64,000 nucleotides of DNA from Candidatus Oxydemutatoraceae bacterium (GTDB taxonomy: Bacteria > Pseudomonadota > Gammaproteobacteria > Poriferisulfidales > Oxydemutatoraceae): contig CBDCOZ010000003.1 of NCBI GenBank assembly GCA_965220085.1, positions 224,001-288,000 on the forward strand, given 5' to 3'. Within the stretch, counting starts at the first letter, position 1. Each line of letters opens with the position of its first letter. Below are positions 29,059 through 39,365 of the stretch, piece after piece. The translations under genes were made by a program, and so were the position numbers. The notes beneath the pieces are model-generated. The model was not told the DNA's origin. It saw only the letters and a program-made list of their open reading frames with translations, and searched no databases.

Positions 29059-29804
29059 TTGCGCCAACGGGTCGTGTATGCTTCAAACGGTCGCAGGATG
29101 AGCAGCTCGACCAACTGCATGATGATGACGAAGACCAGTCCCCAGGCGATGATATCTGTGATGTTGAAGAGTTGGAATTGCAGGTGCAACTGAAAGCCGA
29201 CGCCGTCGCTGCGTCCGAGCAACTCGGCGACGAGCACGATTTTCCAGATGAGGGCGATGCCCGAGCGGGTCGTCGCCGCGATGTACGGCGATAGGCCGGG
29301 TATGACGACGTGTCTTAGGGTTTTCCATCTGCCGAAGCGGAAGGCCTGCGCCACTTGTCGCAGGTCCTTATCCAGAGCGCGAACGCCTTCGCGGATGGTG
29401 ACGATGACATTGGGTATTTTGTTGACCGCCACGGCGACGATGACGGCGACTTCGGTCAATCCCAGCCAGACATAGGTCAATATCATGATGACCAGCGCCG
29501 GGATGTTGAGGAAAAATATCAGCCATGGGTCAAAAAGCGTATCTATTGTCTTGAAATAGCCCATCAGGAAGCCTATGGTCATGCCGATTATCATGGAGAT
29601 GACGAAGCTGGCCAAAACCCGCCTGAGGGTGATGCCTGTGTGGCGAAACAATTCGCCCGAAGCGCCGAGTTCATAAATCACGCCCAAGACACTCAGCGGC
29701 GATGGCAGCACATCGCTATTGATAATGAGCGAGCTGATGTGCCATACCAGCAAAAGCAGAGCAATGGAGGTTATGGCGGCAAAGCGCGGCGAGACAGCTT
29801 TCAT
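29055..29804 (-). CDS. ABC permease (NitT/TauT type)
   Basis: LPSP, REGVRALD and WKIVLVAELLG motifs. Confidence 0.88.
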   Translation of the reverse strand: MKAVSPRFAAITSIALLLLVWHISSLIINSDVLPSPLSVLGVIYELGASGELFRHTGITLRRVLASFVISMIIGMTIGFLMGYFKTIDTLFDPWLIFFLNIPALVIMILTYVWLGLTEVAVIVAVAVNKIPNVIVTIREGVRALDKDLRQVAQAFRFGRWKTLRHVVIPGLSPYIAATTRSGIALIWKIVLVAELLGRSDGVGFQLHLQFQLFNITDIIAWGLVFVIIMQLVELLILRPFEAYTTRWRK

Positions 29805-29809
29805 GCGGT

Positions 29810-30826
29810 TTAGAAGTAGGCTTTGGTCCAGAATGTTCCCGTCGCAAGTTCTTCGGAGGCGGTGAGTTCTTTGCCGCCGGCAGCGTGAAACAGTTTGGTC
29901 AGTTTGCGCGCGGCGGCGTGGTCTTTTTCTCCCCACTGTCGCGGGATTCCTTCGCGGTAGCGTTCGCGCAAGGTGACAAACATCTCTTCGTCGGATGCTT
30001 TCATCATGGGTTTCAACTTTTCCCATTCGCTATCGTCGTTCATCAGGCGGGCGCGCGCTTCGCGCACCGCGCGATTGAAGCGGCTGACAATATCGCCGTT
30101 TTCGCGCGCCCATTTGCCGTCAAACACATAGCCGACCATCGGCGTATTGCGTATGCCCAAGCCCTCCAGCGCCGTGCCCATATCGACCAGACGACGGTAT
30201 CCGGCGCTTTCAAGGCGGGCGCAATAGTGCCAGAAATTCAGCGCCGCATCCAGATTGCCGTGTTGTATCTGACCGTTGAGGAGCGGCGGGGCGGCAAACT
30301 CAACGGCGAAGGTCTTTGACAGGTCGAGTTTGTGCTCCCGCTGTGCCCAGGCGCGCAATAACAACCAGCTTTTGTCGTAAGGCCCGCCGGCCACCCCGAC
30401 ACGCAGCCCGCTCAGGTCTGCCAGAGTTTGCGCCGAAGATGTTTTTGTGACCATCAATGCGCCGAGCGATTTGGAGTACGGGATGAAGCTGATGTCTTTG
30501 CCGTCATTGCGCGCGCGCGAGACCCAGAGCCAGTCGGTGACAAACATATCCAGACTGCCGTTGAAAAAAGCAATCGGCGTCGCTTGTTTGTTTGAGAAAG
30601 GAATCACTTCAAGGGACAGATTGTGTTTGCGATCATAGCCGTTACGGACGACGGTATCCAACTCCCAGTTGACAGTGCCGAATTTCAGCGCGCCAACGCG
30701 CACCGTGTCGGCGGCGGCGGGCGGGGTCGCAAATACCGACCACACGCATAGCATGAGCGCCGGCAGCAATAGCGTTCGTCCCGAATGCGATTCGGGCTGT
30801 TTGTGTTTTCTACGGGTCTGTTTCAT
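29810..30826 (-). CDS. ABC substrate-binding protein (NitT/TauT type)
   Basis: Signal peptide; LKFGTVNWEL and GVAGGPYDKSWLL motifs. Confidence 0.85.
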   Translation of the reverse strand: MKQTRRKHKQPESHSGRTLLLPALMLCVWSVFATPPAAADTVRVGALKFGTVNWELDTVVRNGYDRKHNLSLEVIPFSNKQATPIAFFNGSLDMFVTDWLWVSRARNDGKDISFIPYSKSLGALMVTKTSSAQTLADLSGLRVGVAGGPYDKSWLLLRAWAQREHKLDLSKTFAVEFAAPPLLNGQIQHGNLDAALNFWHYCARLESAGYRRLVDMGTALEGLGIRNTPMVGYVFDGKWARENGDIVSRFNRAVREARARLMNDDSEWEKLKPMMKASDEEMFVTLRERYREGIPRQWGEKDHAAARKLTKLFHAAGGKELTASEELATGTFWTKAYF

Positions 30827-30891
30827 TTTGTCAATCCCTCTTTCTATTGTATTATCTCATAGTATTTTTCTGCAATACCATGAGGTTGATT

Positions 30892-31533
30892 ATGATGAAA
30901 AAATTATCTCCCGACCCGAAACCCGGCCTGAAATTGCGGCGGAAAACCCTGGCGGTTGGCGCGGCTATGGGCTTGTTTTTATTGGGAAGCGCGCAGGCGC
31001 AACCCCCCGAGCCTCCCGAGTGGTGGCCGTGCATCCAACGCTATGTGCCGAAGCTGGCTGTCGGCACTTTCTGGCAGGGCGGGCTGGAAAAGGATGACGC
31101 TTGGCGCGAGAACAAGGAAATCGTCAAGTTGGCAAAGCGTCTCGGCAGTCGCGATGTGTCGGTGGAGGAGAGTCTTGATGAGGTTAAATCTTTTATTGCG
31201 GCATCCGGCGGACAGGATGCGGCGGAGGATTTACTCCGCGCGATGGAGTCGGTGTCAAACGAGGAGCGCAACCGGATTGTGGATGGCATAAAGCGTTTTG
31301 CCAAACGACAAAACCTGATGATAAACCGGATAGATCAACAGACGCAGGATCTGGAGACCAAAGAACTCACGGCAGAGCAAAAGAAAGACTTGGAAGCGCG
31401 GCAGAAGTGGGACATTCGGGTCTTTGAAGAGCGCGAGCGGATGGTTACGTATCTGTGCGAGCAACCCGTGGCGTTGGAGCAAAAGTTCTTTGCCGTCGGG
31501 CGCGCGATTGCGCAAGCGCAAAACAAGCGCTAA
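30892..31533 (+). CDS. exported hypothetical protein of PQQ-dehydrogenase clusters
   Basis: Signal peptide; WPCIQR and W..RVFEER...LCEQP motifs. Confidence 0.7.
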   Translation: MMKKLSPDPKPGLKLRRKTLAVGAAMGLFLLGSAQAQPPEPPEWWPCIQRYVPKLAVGTFWQGGLEKDDAWRENKEIVKLAKRLGSRDVSVEESLDEVKSFIAASGGQDAAEDLLRAMESVSNEERNRIVDGIKRFAKRQNLMINRIDQQTQDLETKELTAEQKKDLEARQKWDIRVFEERERMVTYLCEQPVALEQKFFAVGRAIAQAQNKR

Positions 31534-31563
31534 TCCTTAAAGCACACATATAAAGCAGATAGC

Positions 31564-31593
31564 AAAAAGGCAGCGGAAAACCACTGCCTTTTT
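31564..31593. terminator. bidirectional intrinsic terminator
   Basis: AAAAAGGCAGCGG-AAAA-CCACTGCCTTTTT between convergent genes. Confidence 0.75.
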
Positions 31594-31634
31594 AGCGGCT
31601 ATCGCTGTGATAGCCTCGGAGCAAAGCCGATGGG

Positions 31635-32162
31635 TTATTTCATCATAGCCATTTTCTTGATGTTTTCTAACCCCGCGCGATAAACACCCGCGACCGCCGC
31701 CTTTGCTTCTTCGTCGGTCATGGACGGGTCGGCATTATCGAAAGTGCCTTGCCAGTCTACCTCGCAACGGCTGCCTTCTTTTTCTGTGCGCAAGCGCGCT
31801 TGGTAGTTCTTTACGGGGAGGACTTTAGGGTCCACTTTTGTAATGGTATAGGTCAAGCTCTGTGCTTTGTTGCTGTACTTGACGAGTTCCTCATAGACTT
31901 TAGGACCATTGGCATCACCAAGTGTCAGAACCCGGGTCGCACCCGGCTCATTGCCGCCTTTTGCGTCAACGGAAAAAACCGCCGGGTGCCATTTGTGCAT
32001 ATCGGCAAAGTTTTTGATATGCGGCCAAACGACATCGCATACTTCGCGGATAACGACTTCCTCTTTGACTTTGAGGTCGCCTTTCCCCGCTACCGCAACG
32101 CCTGAGACGCAGGCCAGCGCAAAAGCCGCCATCAATAGGGTCAAAAAATATTTTTTGTACAT
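31635..32162 (-). CDS. SRPBCC family, MxaD-like protein
   Basis: Signal peptide; WHPAV, GATRVLTL and VYRAGLENIK motifs. Confidence 0.8.
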   Translation of the reverse strand: MYKKYFLTLLMAAFALACVSGVAVAGKGDLKVKEEVVIREVCDVVWPHIKNFADMHKWHPAVFSVDAKGGNEPGATRVLTLGDANGPKVYEELVKYSNKAQSLTYTITKVDPKVLPVKNYQARLRTEKEGSRCEVDWQGTFDNADPSMTDEEAKAAVAGVYRAGLENIKKMAMMK

Positions 32163-32214
32163 GATAATTCCCTCCATGTAAGTTTGTTTAATTCGGCAAG
32201 TTTACCATATTCCG

Positions 32215-32835
32215 CTATGCGTCGCAGGTCATTCTGGAATAACCCGCAAGGCGGAAGTTGTGCGCGGGGGTTGCAATCCGCACACGGTTTGCCCGCAGCC
32301 ACTGATATTGAATGCCATAGGCATGCATCTCACGGGTTTTCCAGGTTAAGCAGGAATTTTCCCTTTGCGGCAGTCCGGTCATGTGTTGGACATAATGGAC
32401 GAGCTCGTGAACGAGGATACCGCGCGCGTATAAATCGTTCATGACATCCAGATCATCGGCAATATATATGACGTTGCCTTTGTTCGGAAACCAGCCAAAC
32501 GCGTCGCACCCGCTGTCACATGCTTTCTTTGACAGTCTGGCGCGGGAAATGAAATGCACTTCGGGTTCCGGCAGGCCGGCAATGCTCGGGTAATTATCGG
32601 TACCGCCAAATGCTCCGTAGGTCTGCCCGATGAACTCGAGCAACGAAGAGACGAGGGGTTGGCATCCCCTCAGGTGGCATGTTTCCGTCCGTTGCGCTTC
32701 GATATGCGCGACAGCGGGTTCTGCGTGCTCTATATCGTGCGCATGCGCGGGAGCCCCGGCGATAACGGCGAAGCCGACCGCCAGCGCGAGCATAGAAGCG
32801 GGCGAGCGTCTCATGGCGACTTTATGTCTTGGCAA
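32215..32835 (-). CDS. exported hypothetical protein with HExxH motif
   Basis: LVHELVHYVQ...E.HAY..Q..WL. Confidence 0.65.
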   Translation of the reverse strand: MPRHKVAMRRSPASMLALAVGFAVIAGAPAHAHDIEHAEPAVAHIEAQRTETCHLRGCQPLVSSLLEFIGQTYGAFGGTDNYPSIAGLPEPEVHFISRARLSKKACDSGCDAFGWFPNKGNVIYIADDLDVMNDLYARGILVHELVHYVQHMTGLPQRENSCLTWKTREMHAYGIQYQWLRANRVRIATPAHNFRLAGYSRMTCDA

Positions 32836-33652
32836 TCGGCAACCGGGTGCTGGTGTATGTCTTCTCCTGCGAATCCGTTATACGGGCGACGAGTTCGTCG
32901 CCGATATTCTCCGGCTGGTAATAAAACTGAAAACTGGGGTTCTCGCTGAACGAGATATCGCCTTCCACCGAGAAAACAGTTTCTCCGTCGGAATTCGTGA
33001 CGACCGCCTGAGTGACAAAATGCGGGGGTATCGTCATGTTGGTTACGATGTCTCTTTGCAGGCCCGAGTTGTTGGGGTGCAGAACGGACAAATGTATTTT
33101 GCGCAGTCCGTTGTCCAGTCTTTCTTCGATGAGTTTCGATTTGCCGAGGTTCAGGGCGGCCATGGCGTTGTCCGATACGGGCGGCGCCGAGCAACCGCCG
33201 GATGACTTCACAAAAGCGGTGGTCATATGCAGGCTGCCGTCCTGAGTCTCGGAAATAACCCGCACATGGCTATATTGATCGACACGTATGCGCGTTTCAA
33301 TGTCGGATAGTCTGTTCGCGGGCGAAAGCGAGAATTTGCCGACAACAGGCGACGGGTTTTCATCTACGACGAGGTAGTGGTTCTTGATGTGCTTGCGGTC
33401 GGTTTGCGGCGATAGGCCGACAATCCGGATTGTCACATCGGCGCCGTTTGCGGCGCGCTTTGGAGCAATGATTTTGGCAACCGGATTGCTCTCGTCTATG
33501 TGTCTGTCCTGAAAGAGAAACTCTTTGATGGCATCCCATGAAGTTTCTCCGTCCGCCGCTTTTTCGGCGGCATGCAACGGCAGGCAACAAAGGGTTGCGA
33601 TTGCAAAAACTGCCAATGCAATAAATCGTTTGTATGTTAGTATCATGTTCAT
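32822..33652 (-). CDS. quinoprotein dehydrogenase-associated fused SoxYZ-like carrier
   Basis: VDENPSP, TRIRVDQYS, VKSSGGCSAP and HPNNSGLQ motifs. Confidence 0.85.
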   Translation of the reverse strand: MNMILTYKRFIALAVFAIATLCCLPLHAAEKAADGETSWDAIKEFLFQDRHIDESNPVAKIIAPKRAANGADVTIRIVGLSPQTDRKHIKNHYLVVDENPSPVVGKFSLSPANRLSDIETRIRVDQYSHVRVISETQDGSLHMTTAFVKSSGGCSAPPVSDNAMAALNLGKSKLIEERLDNGLRKIHLSVLHPNNSGLQRDIVTNMTIPPHFVTQAVVTNSDGETVFSVEGDISFSENPSFQFYYQPENIGDELVARITDSQEKTYTSTRLPIAKT

Positions 33653-33794
33653 CCTCTCACCTGACTCGTCGGCGGATTTGTCATTTCCAAACGCTTGGGC
33701 GCAGGTTATCAAATAAAGGGTTTTTGAGTATAGCACAATACATAACTATATGTTTTTTCCTCACTTTTAACGCCGGCCAGGCCTTGCTGCGGGC

Positions 33795-34304
33795 CTAAAA
33801 ACAGCTGATTTCCGCTTCGGCTTGTGCGTTTTTGAGAACTCTTATCGCTTGCTTGACGACCTCGACCTCGCGGAATTGGGCAACCCGTTCGCCTTGCATT
33901 TGCCGCATCCGCACGGCGGTCTCGGCCGCGACATAGTCGTCGTACGTCATTCTCTTGGCGATTTCGTCAATCGCGCAGGAGCATTGCCTCAGCACATGTT
34001 CTGTCATGCCGTTTGTGCTCATGCAGACATATACATACTCGGCGCGCGCATAAGTCGGGAAATCATTGATTCTTTTCTCGTCGTGAGCGGCGGCAGATTG
34101 CCCGGCGTTCGCGTGCTGCTGCTCGTCGTGAGCAGTGGCAGATTGCCCGGCGTTCGCGTGTTGTTGTTCGTCGTGAGTGTGCCGATGCTCGCTGTCAGCG
34201 TGCTGGCGCTGGTCGTCTTGGCTACACGCGCTGGTTACTGCGAGAAGCACGCTGATTGCAGCGATAATCGCCACATGTGATTTAAGGTTTGTAATTTTCA
34301 TCAT
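33795..34304 (-). CDS. exported/lipoprotein with a His-rich linker
   Basis: SACS lipobox-like site; HDEQQHANAGQSA repeat; FPTYARAEYV..CM...CSCAID domain. Confidence 0.7.
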   Translation of the reverse strand: MMKITNLKSHVAIIAAISVLLAVTSACSQDDQRQHADSEHRHTHDEQQHANAGQSATAHDEQQHANAGQSAAAHDEKRINDFPTYARAEYVYVCMSTNGMTEHVLRQCSCAIDEIAKRMTYDDYVAAETAVRMRQMQGERVAQFREVEVVKQAIRVLKNAQAEAEISCF

Positions 34305-34350
34305 GGTTCTCTCGGTGTTTTGTTCAATTCTGCCAATTTTGTGCAAATTC

Positions 34351-35070
34351 TCAGCGTGGCGGGCGGTAAGCGCCGGCGGGTTCGATATGGCTGAGCGTGA
34401 TTTCAGTGAGTTCCTTGGGCGCGCCCGGTTTGTCGCCGGGGGTTTCGGTCGTTATACGGTAAATTCCGCCGGGGACATCGGCTAAGACGAATTCGTAGCG
34501 CTTATTCCATAGGTTTTCATATCTGGGCTCGTCTTTCATGCCGAGCAGCGGCTGCATGCGTATAAATTCGGCCTCCAGCGATTTGCCGTTGAAGGAGATA
34601 TCGCCTGCTTTGACTTCGGCCTGAGTCAAGAACGCATCCCGCATAACCGACTGAACGTATTGACGGTGTATGCGGCCCATGTTCAGGGCGCGATTGTTTT
34701 GCAATTTCTCAATGTCCCATTGCAGAAAATATGCCAACAAAAAGTTGCCGCGACGTTTCCTGACCGGAGGAAATTCCTTTTTGTTTTTACCGCTGAGGAA
34801 CTGCGGCTCAATATCTTTGCCCTCGTGTCCGTCAACCGGGGTGACGGAGAGAACAATCCGGTCGGTCAGCTTTGTGGTCATTGAGCCGGTTTGCGCCACA
34901 TCGTAGTACAACTTGGCTTCCGATACGATATTTTTCAAATGCGGGGTGTCAAACAGCAGCGTCTGGGCTTCGCTGTAGGGGATTGACGGTTTTGTCGTAT
35001 CAGGCTCGGCGATGGCAAGGCATGCGTACGAGAGCAGGCACATTATGGTTGTGTAGTAAAACTTTTTCAT
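34351..35070 (-). CDS. exported hypothetical protein
   Basis: Signal peptide MKKFYY...; overlaps the rhodanese-like gene; VPGGIY motif. Confidence 0.7.
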   Translation of the reverse strand: MKKFYYTTIMCLLSYACLAIAEPDTTKPSIPYSEAQTLLFDTPHLKNIVSEAKLYYDVAQTGSMTTKLTDRIVLSVTPVDGHEGKDIEPQFLSGKNKKEFPPVRKRRGNFLLAYFLQWDIEKLQNNRALNMGRIHRQYVQSVMRDAFLTQAEVKAGDISFNGKSLEAEFIRMQPLLGMKDEPRYENLWNKRYEFVLADVPGGIYRITTETPGDKPGAPKELTEITLSHIEPAGAYRPPR

Positions 35071-35720
35071 TGGTCTTTCAAATCCTCTATCGGTATAAAA
35101 TCCGGCATTTTCACTGCGGCGGAACGCTCCAAAGGATACCCCATCACTTCCCATTCGTCAGTCCCTCCGGGAAACCAGAGTATATTACGAAAGCCTAATT
35201 CCAGAGCTCGCTTGGCGGCATTCCACGACATCCAGCAATCGGCCAAGCAATAAAAAAGCAATTCCACAGGCTTGTCTGACTCGCGCTCGCGTGTCAGCCG
35301 CCGCAAATTTTCAATAAAGTAAGTCCGAAACTCCGGCGCGATATCGCCGTAGCCGACATTCGGCAGCCAGACGCTGTCCGGAATGTTCTTGCGCGGCTGT
35401 GTTCTCCATAGCCGGGTGGGCGGGAAATCCGGCGGTTTGCGCCGCAACGGCAGCACATCGATCAGCACAATGTTTGCTCCGTCCGTTAATCTTTGGCGCA
35501 GTGTTTCCGCATCCACAGTCGTGGCTCCTTTCAGGGTTGCCGGCACCGGCGCCATGTAGTTATCGGTGCGATAGTCGCTCGGTTCGGGAACTTCTTGCGC
35601 GAGCGCCGGCATCGCGCAACAGAGCGCCGATGCTATGAGCGGCGGGCACAGGCTCCGACAGAGCGGAGCGATATTAAGATGGGTCAACGAGCGGAACATG
35701 ATAAGAGCGCAGAATATCAT
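35067..35720 (-). CDS. PQQ-catabolism-associated CXXCW rhodanese-like protein
   Basis: FYCLADCWMSWNAAKRA and W.PGGTDEW motifs. Confidence 0.88.
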   Translation of the reverse strand: MIFCALIMFRSLTHLNIAPLCRSLCPPLIASALCCAMPALAQEVPEPSDYRTDNYMAPVPATLKGATTVDAETLRQRLTDGANIVLIDVLPLRRKPPDFPPTRLWRTQPRKNIPDSVWLPNVGYGDIAPEFRTYFIENLRRLTRERESDKPVELLFYCLADCWMSWNAAKRALELGFRNILWFPGGTDEWEVMGYPLERSAAVKMPDFIPIEDLKDQ

Positions 35721-36486
35721 GTATCTTATCCTGATTTTTTCTTATCAGCTTATTTAACTGTCTGCGCCATTGCAGCTCATTGCGCCTAATCCCCATCGTG
35801 ATGGGGAATATCAGGCGATGTTTTTGCGAGTTATCGGCGGTCAACGGAGCAAGCTTCAGGGCATCGTTTCGCCGCACCATGTATCCTGCGATAGGCCCCC
35901 AAACGACTGCGACGTCAATCTTCTTGTCGATCAGATCGCGCTCAATTTCTTCGGCTCGGCTGTTGCGCATATCTGCGCGCCGCAATTGATAAGGCGTCAT
36001 TTGTTCTATCAGTCCGTTGGCAAGAATAATATCAACCGGCGGGGCGCCGGCGGTTACGCCGATGCGCAGCTTGCGTTCCTTGAGCACGTTGTCGGATAAG
36101 GATTTCACATCAAAATCCGAATCAGCGCGTTGCACCGCCGCAAAGACCGATGCGTAGTAGGGGTTGCTGTTTTGAACCAGTTCGTGCGCCGCCGAGATAC
36201 CGATAATCAAATCGCAACGTCTGGTTTTCAAAGTCGAGCGCACAAAACCAAGGCTTTGAGGGAACCAAGTGTATCTGAGCGAGGTGCCTAATTCGGCCGC
36301 CAGCAACTCGGCAATTTTGTTCTCAAAGCCTTGCTCCTGCCGGTTGGAGAAAGGCAAATTAGACGGGTCCGCGCACACGCGCAGGGACGAGCGCCGCTCG
36401 ACCTCAGTGCCTGTTTCGGCGGCTGTGACAGCATGACTCGCTGCCAATACCAGCAACGCGACCGCAATAGCGAAGCCGTAGCGCAT
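35674..36486 (-). CDS. xoxJ: XoxJ/MxaJ-family periplasmic binding protein (start uncertain)
   Basis: LRVCADPSNLPFS, GFENKIAELLA and VWGPIAGY motifs; follows xoxG. Confidence 0.88.
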   Translation of the reverse strand: MRYGFAIAVALLVLAASHAVTAAETGTEVERRSSLRVCADPSNLPFSNRQEQGFENKIAELLAAELGTSLRYTWFPQSLGFVRSTLKTRRCDLIIGISAAHELVQNSNPYYASVFAAVQRADSDFDVKSLSDNVLKERKLRIGVTAGAPPVDIILANGLIEQMTPYQLRRADMRNSRAEEIERDLIDKKIDVAVVWGPIAGYMVRRNDALKLAPLTADNSQKHRLIFPITMGIRRNELQWRRQLNKLIRKNQDKIHDILRSYHVPLVDPS

Positions 36487-36524
36487 AGTATTCCGCGTAA
36501 TTTTTGCGTCCGGATGCATGGATA

Positions 36525-36980
36525 TTAACGACCCATGCAAGCTTTGTCGCGCTCTTTCGCTTCGTCGGGTTTGCCGCCGTGTTTGGGCCGTTCTCTGCCG
36601 ATGACGCCATCGGCGCGCGCTGCCAGATAAGCATATATGTCATCAACAAAGCACATAACGTTCAAGTTGTCGGCAAAAGACGGCATGACCTGCGCGCCTG
36701 CTTCGCGACCGTTCACCACGATGTTGAAGTAGCCTTCGTAGCCCAAGCGCTTGATGGATTCCACCAGCTTCGGGCCGAATGAACTGCCCAAGCCGGCCGG
36801 CCCGTGACAAACGTGACATTCGGCATGATAACGGCGATAGCCGCTGAATGTGTACCAATCGACCGTGCCTTTTTCTTTGTCAAATGTGTAGGGTTTGTCA
36901 GCCGCCATAGCGGTCATCGGGACGGTTGCCAGCGCACAGATCAATACAAGCAACCCGGAAATAAAACATGTCGTTTTCAT
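36525..36980 (-). CDS. xoxG: c-type cytochrome, XoxG-like
   Basis: GYRRYHAECHVCHG and VMPSF motifs; directly downstream of xoxF; GAGGAG RBS. Confidence 0.85.
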   Translation of the reverse strand: MKTTCFISGLLVLICALATVPMTAMAADKPYTFDKEKGTVDWYTFSGYRRYHAECHVCHGPAGLGSSFGPKLVESIKRLGYEGYFNIVVNGREAGAQVMPSFADNLNVMCFVDDIYAYLAARADGVIGRERPKHGGKPDEAKERDKACMGR

Positions 36981-37030
36981 TTTGTATCTCCTCTTGTGTT
37001 TCTTTTGAGCGGAGAGAATGTTTGCCTGAT

Positions 37031-37063
37031 AAAAAAGCGCCCGTGCCAAATTGGCACGGGCAC
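37031..37063 (-). terminator. hairpin/terminator between xoxF and xoxG
   Basis: GCCCGTGCCAA-TTGGCACGGGC followed by a T-run on the minus strand. Confidence 0.7.
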
Positions 37064-37092
37064 TTTAGCAAACACTGCCGAGTGTATCTCTC

Positions 37093-38907
37093 TTAGAGTG
37101 AGAATACAGTCAGCACTCCGCCGAGACGGGTGTAGTTCTCAAGGTGTCTGTAGCCGCCGACAGCGCCGAGACCATCCGTATCGTTGGTCAGGCCGGCTGC
37201 CATGCCGATTCCGGCCCAGCCGCCGACGCCCGAAAGAATGGCGACGTACTGCTTGCCGTCATGCATATAGGTGGTAAAGTTACCGATAATGCCGGACGGG
37301 GTTTTGAACTTAAACAGCTCTTTGCCATTGTCGGCGCGAACCGCTTTCGCATAACCTTCCAGCGTGCCGTAGAAGACAACGTCACCGGCTGTCGCCAGCG
37401 CGCCGCTCCAGACCGAGAAACGCTCGGGGTTAGACCATACGATCTTGCCCTTTGCGGCGTCCCACGCGATGAAGTTGCCCATGTGGTCGCCGCCCGGCGC
37501 CGGGAACATCTTCAGTGTCGCGCCAACATAAGGTTGCCCTTCTGTGTAGCTCACTTCAAACGGCTCATAGTCCATGCAGACATGGTTGGTCGGGACATAG
37601 AACAAACTCGTCTTAGGCGAGAATGCCGCCGGCTGCTGGTCTTTTGTGCCCAGAGCAGCGGGGCAGATGCCCGTAGTATTGACATCAGCGCCTTGATGAT
37701 GAGTGCTGTACTTGTCAAGCACCATCGGACGACCGGTCTTCATGTCAACATGGGAAGCCCAGTTGACGGCCGGGTCATACTTCTCCGCAACCAACAGTTC
37801 GCCTGTCACGCGATCCAGCGTGTAGCCGAATCCGTTGCGGTCAAAGTGCACCAGAGTCTTTCTCATTCTGCCATTGACTTCGATGTCAGCCAGAATCATT
37901 TCATTGATTCCGTCATAGTCCCACTCGTCATGCGGGGTCATTTGATAAACCCACTTGGCCATGCCGGTATCGGCATCGCGCGCAAAGATAGTCATCGACC
38001 ATCTGTTGTCGCCGGGACGCTGCACCGGGTTCCACGTGCTCGGGTTGCCCGTGCCGTAGTAGACCAAGTTCAATTCCGGATCAAATGAGTACCAGCCCCA
38101 AGTCGTGCCCCCGCCAATTTTCCATTGGTCGCCTTCCCAAGTGCTCGTGCCGGAGTCTTTGCCGACAGCCTTGCCAAGGTGTGTGGTGTTGGTCGGGTGC
38201 ATCAAAGTCAGACTATCGGGACCTGTGGAGTAACCGCGCCAAACGCGCTTACCGGTCTTCATGTCGTATGCGGTCAGATGACCTTGAACGCCAAACTCAC
38301 CGCCGCTTATGCCGACATAGACTTTGTCGTTGTAGACCATGGGGGCGGAAGTGCCCGTAGCGCCCAGATGCTTGTCGTCATCACGGACGTCACGGTTGTT
38401 GGCTTTCCACATCATCTTGCCGGTCTTGGCATCCAGCGCAACCAGTTGGGCGTCGGCCTGATAGACAAAAATCATGCCGTCACCATAGGCTACGCCGCGG
38501 TTGACCTGGTCGCAACACATAACCGGAAGCACTTGCTTTTGATCCGGCATGTGGCTTTGCCAATGCCATATGATGCTTTGATCATCGAGATTGAGTGCGT
38601 AGACATTGATCTCCGGATAAATCGATGAGTGAATATACATCGTGTCTCCAATGATCAGAGGCCCGCCTTCGTGTCCGCGCAAACCGCCAGTGGAAAATTG
38701 CCAGGCGACTTTCAGGTTACCGACATTCCCGCTGTTGATTTGATCCAGAGCCGAGTAGCGATGGTTGAAGTAGTTGCCGGTAGGCATAACCCATTCGTTG
38801 GCATTCTTCTCCATCTTCATCAGCATGGAATTAGCTTGGGCAACGCCGGCGATTCCGAGCATCAGCAAGGAAGCAACCACAGTCGCCATTAAAATTTTAC
38901 TCTTCAT
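37093..38907 (-). CDS. xoxF: lanthanide-dependent methanol dehydrogenase
   Basis: PQQ-MDH motifs (vicinal [15 protein letters not shown]); PHDEWDYDG carries the extra Ln-binding Asp (D-x-D); no mxaI nearby. Confidence 0.95.
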   Translation of the reverse strand: MKSKILMATVVASLLMLGIAGVAQANSMLMKMEKNANEWVMPTGNYFNHRYSALDQINSGNVGNLKVAWQFSTGGLRGHEGGPLIIGDTMYIHSSIYPEINVYALNLDDQSIIWHWQSHMPDQKQVLPVMCCDQVNRGVAYGDGMIFVYQADAQLVALDAKTGKMMWKANNRDVRDDDKHLGATGTSAPMVYNDKVYVGISGGEFGVQGHLTAYDMKTGKRVWRGYSTGPDSLTLMHPTNTTHLGKAVGKDSGTSTWEGDQWKIGGGTTWGWYSFDPELNLVYYGTGNPSTWNPVQRPGDNRWSMTIFARDADTGMAKWVYQMTPHDEWDYDGINEMILADIEVNGRMRKTLVHFDRNGFGYTLDRVTGELLVAEKYDPAVNWASHVDMKTGRPMVLDKYSTHHQGADVNTTGICPAALGTKDQQPAAFSPKTSLFYVPTNHVCMDYEPFEVSYTEGQPYVGATLKMFPAPGGDHMGNFIAWDAAKGKIVWSNPERFSVWSGALATAGDVVFYGTLEGYAKAVRADNGKELFKFKTPSGIIGNFTTYMHDGKQYVAILSGVGGWAGIGMAAGLTNDTDGLGAVGGYRHLENYTRLGGVLTVFSL

Positions 38908-39050
38908 AATTTACCTCCATTATTAAAGAGAGAAAACGGGAGAAGACTCCCGCAAATCAGTAGTTATTATTTTCGTATCTTTTACCACAGAATCAGGAGC
39001 GAGTCAAAAGTTATTAGGCCTTTGTCACGCCCTCATCGGCCTTCTCAGAC

Positions 39051-39103
39051 AGCGGGTCGGGTAGCGGGTCGGCCAGCGAGTCAGTCAGCGGGTCAGTCAG
39101 TGG
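39051..39103. repeat. 12-bp imperfect tandem repeat x4 upstream of xoxF
   Basis: AGCGGGTCGGGT / AGCGGGTCGGCC / AGCGAGTCAGTC / AGCGGGTCAGTC. Confidence 0.75.
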
Positions 39104-39365
39104 AAAAATAGGGCGGCGGTTCGGCTTTTTTCGGGTTTATCATATGCTTGAATCAAGCCTGTGGAATTCTCCGTAGTGGTTGGCGTTTGAGGCGGCACTA
39201 TATATTGTGGTCTGCCCGATGGCCGCCTACTTGGTTTGGTACCGGCGGAGGCTGTGAATGGGGGTTTTGTGTTGCGATTGCTGCGATTGCGGGGTTCTGC
39301 CGTTGTGCGGGCGGTGGCCTACTCATTATATATGGGGGCGAACGCTATAACTTATAATTCTTGAG

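Noticed and set aside
37093-38907. Calcium-dependent MxaF
   Set aside because: The D-Y-D lanthanide motif is present and no mxaI or mxaACKL genes are seen.
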